Positions 61,974 to 64,000 of a DNA stretch of 64,000 bases are shown here, one piece after another. The notes below the pieces were generated by a model, which was not told where the DNA came from, did not search any database, and saw only the letters and a list, made by a program, of their open reading frames with translations. The stretch is taken from contig CALDDN010000003.1 in NCBI GenBank assembly GCA_937936615.1, forward strand, positions 2,520 to 66,519, read 5' to 3'. Made by a program: the position numbers and the translations under genes. This DNA is from an uncultured Bacteroidia bacterium (lineage in GTDB: Bacteria; Bacteroidota; Bacteroidia; J057; CALDDN01). Each line of letters begins with the position of its first letter. Positions within the stretch are counted from its first letter, which is position 1.

Positions 61974-63625
61974 TGCAGCGTACGATTCGGCTTGGAGCTT
62001 TTTTGGCAATTCTTTTTTTTGTTTTTATTCAAAAAAAAGAGGGGCTGAAAGCCCAGGACCCCAAGTCGGTGGAATCACGCCTGGAGGAACTGGCGCGCTC
62101 TTCGGCAGGTAGGGCGCAAGTACTGACTTACGGCCAGTCCTACGCCGGACAGCCGCTGAAGGCTCTGGAGTGGCTGCCTGCGGGGCGGGCCAGCGACTCG
62201 TTGCCCGAGGTGGTTCTGATTGGCGGGATCGATCCGCAGCGGCCTTATACCGTTTCACTGGTCTTGCGTCTGGCCGAGAGCCTGATGGCTCATCGCGAGC
62301 GATACACGGGTTTTCGCTGGCTCTTCATTCCCCAGCCGGCACCTGACCACGCGGCTGAAGTGCTTTCACCTGTTGCTGCTTCTCGGGTCAACCGCCGTCC
62401 CGTGGACGAGGATCGCGACGGCTTCATCGACGAGGACGGCCCCGATGACCTTAACGGCGACGGCTTCCTGACGCAGATGCGCATTGCCGATCCGGCAGGT
62501 CCCTGGACGACGGATCCCGCCGATCCGAGGGTCATGGTTCTTGCCTCCAAGGGGGCAAATCCCACGGGCGAACGCTGGCAGGTGTATCCTGAAGGGCGCG
62601 ACGATGACCGCGACCGTCGCTGGAATGAAGATGGCGTGGGTGGGGTCGCCTTCGATTGCAATTTTCCTGCCGGCTATCGCTGGCATCAGCCAACCCGCGG
62701 GCGCGAACCGCTTTCGGAGCCGGAAAACCTGGCTCTGGCCCAGCTTTTGATCGCCCGCCCGCAGGTGGCCCTTGTCTGGGTATTTGGAGCTGACGACAAC
62801 CTGAGCCAGCCTTGGAAATCGGAAACGGGATTTCCCGTACAGGCTGTACACTCCAAAGATGAGCCAGTCTATGAAAAGCTGGGCCAGCTCTATGTCCGGC
62901 AGCTGCGTCCGCCTAAAGGCAGCGGCGGGGTGAGTTCCGGCGGAGGAAATCTTGTTCCGTGGCTCTACCGCCAGCAGGGGTGGTGGGTGTTTGCGACGCC
63001 GGGCTGGCATTTGCCGCTGAAGTCGCAGCCTGACAGTTCGGCAAGCGATTCTCTTAAAAAGAGTCTGGCCAAAGGTGCTGAGTCGAAAAATGCTGAGGTT
63101 CGGGCGCATTTGTACGCCGAGCAGCAGGGTCTGGCCAACTACTATGTTCCGTGGCAAAGGGTAGAACATCCCGATTTCCCGGGCCAGCGTGTCGAAGTCG
63201 GGGGGCTGATCGGCTGGCGGGCCTATCAGCCTGTCGATACGGCCCTTACCGCTGCGGTTGAGCGGCAGCGGGCCTTTGTGGATACGGTTGTGCATCAGAT
63301 GTGCCGTTGGGTGTGGCGGGTTCCGGATGTCGAACGGCTGTCGGGCGATCTCTATCGCGTGCGGGCCTATGCTGCCGTTCAGGGCTTGCTGCCTACGCAC
63401 ACGGCTCCTGCCGCCGAGTTGATCGATGTACCGCTCAATCGCTGGCATATCCGCCCGGGCAGGGGGCAGCGGCTGGTCGAGCATGCGGCACACGGTACGT
63501 TTGGCCGGTTGGAAGCGGGGCAGAATTTGTTGCTGGACATCGTCATACAGGGGGCTGGCAAGCTTGAACTGGTGGTAGGCCACCCCCGGACTGGCTATGC
63601 CAAGTTGAATATCGATGTTCGTTAA
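61973..63625 (+). CDS. M14 carboxypeptidase-like secreted protein with apparently substituted zinc ligands
   Basis: The ATG at 61973 overlaps the upstream stop (TGATG) and gives MQRTIRLGAFLAILFFVFIQ. DEDRDGFIDEDGPDDLNGDGFLTQMRIADPAGPW and EGRDDDRDRRWNEDGVGGVAFDCNFP are collinear with a Bacteroidota/Rhodothermus-type M14 subfamily. The expected HxxE reads IDPQR. Confidence 0.65.
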   Translation: MQRTIRLGAFLAILFFVFIQKKEGLKAQDPKSVESRLEELARSSAGRAQVLTYGQSYAGQPLKALEWLPAGRASDSLPEVVLIGGIDPQRPYTVSLVLRLAESLMAHRERYTGFRWLFIPQPAPDHAAEVLSPVAASRVNRRPVDEDRDGFIDEDGPDDLNGDGFLTQMRIADPAGPWTTDPADPRVMVLASKGANPTGERWQVYPEGRDDDRDRRWNEDGVGGVAFDCNFPAGYRWHQPTRGREPLSEPENLALAQLLIARPQVALVWVFGADDNLSQPWKSETGFPVQAVHSKDEPVYEKLGQLYVRQLRPPKGSGGVSSGGGNLVPWLYRQQGWWVFATPGWHLPLKSQPDSSASDSLKKSLAKGAESKNAEVRAHLYAEQQGLANYYVPWQRVEHPDFPGQRVEVGGLIGWRAYQPVDTALTAAVERQRAFVDTVVHQMCRWVWRVPDVERLSGDLYRVRAYAAVQGLLPTHTAPAAELIDVPLNRWHIRPGRGQRLVEHAAHGTFGRLEAGQNLLLDIVIQGAGKLELVVGHPRTGYAKLNIDVR

Positions 63626-63726
63626 GGTTCCATAATCCACCATTGGGCCGCCTGGTCCTTTCATTGGGAACTTTCGATTTTTTTTTTTAACGGAAAGGTT
63701 ATATACTTGTGCATTATAGTGCCCCA

Positions 63727-64000
63727 ATGATGCAGTTTCGACACCTTTTATATCTTGCTTTTGTCCTGGCCTGCCTGTTTGGAGGTCAGGCCAAGGGCCA
63801 AATTTCTTCGGCCCGGCTGCTCTACTTCGAGACCTTCAATGATCCGGCATCTGTAGGGGCCGTTTTCAACCCTGACGGGATCGTTACTTCTCTGGGACCG
63901 GTGTCGAATACCGGTGAAAACCGCTTCGTTCAGGGCCAAGGTTTTGAAGGTACACCCCCGTGGCCCTCGGTTCCCCGTCAGTTGGGCGACTTGGGCTTTG
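63727..64000 (+). CDS. secreted hypothetical protein, 3'-truncated by window edge
   Basis: ATG ATG at 63727 opens a frame that stays open to the window end: MMQFRHLLYLAFVLACLFGGQAKGQISSARLLYFETFNDP... (signal peptide). It is absent from the ORF track because no stop lies within the window. Confidence 0.55.
   Translation, partial: MMQFRHLLYLAFVLACLFGGQAKGQISSARLLYFETFNDPASVGAVFNPDGIVTSLGPVSNTGENRFVQGQGFEGTPPWPSVPRQLGDLGF

Overview
The window reads as a high-GC Bacteroidota chromosome segment; hand-counted 60-nt lines in core genes are about 60-70% GC. Three things support this assignment. Five proteins end in a (F/L/I)(Y/F)PNP(T/G/A).. type-A T9SS C-terminal sorting domain. A PorQ/PorV-like barrel and a DUF5686-type protein are present. 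Several intergenic regions carry Bacteroidota-style TAnnTTTG -7 boxes.

I can support 44 protein-coding genes (2 cut by window edges), a few intrinsic terminators, candidate promoters, one candidate operator, and protein-domain tandem arrays visible at DNA level. I see no rRNA, tRNA, CRISPR array, IS/transposon, prophage or island boundary.

Housekeeping content: ppiD-like, divIVA-like, dcd, lpxD, pyrR-pyrB, gcdH, pckA, birA, miaE, a redoxin-yqeY-pabA/trpG-hydrolase-CBS-thiE operon, tetR-paaABCD, gatC, aroQ, xerD and ribE.

Accessory content is dominated by giant secreted proteins:
- (a) A 2029-aa T9SS cargo with a reprolysin-like domain whose HExxHxxGxxH motif is fully substituted, one FN3 module and 12 tandem CUB-like domains.
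- (b) An 1124-aa protein with an intact HELGHxxxxGH, plus IPT, PKD and 3 FN3 modules.
- (c) A 1223-aa protein with Asp-box/BNR motifs and a CARDB-like segment.
- (d) A roughly 1790-aa protein with a 7-blade SBBP-type propeller and 13 Cys-bracketed FN3 modules. It is translationally coupled to an M14-like protein whose zinc ligands appear substituted.

The best candidate for an undescribed system is 48770-55946. It encodes a membrane sensor with about 9 PAS domains and no recognisable output domain, followed by a stand-alone CheR and a receiver-less CheB. No MCP, CheA, CheW or kinase lies nearby, and cheR has strikingly low GC.

All family assignments are by eye and recall from the translated ORFs. 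No database search, HMM or folding computation was run. Domain boundaries are approximate (about +/-30 nt).
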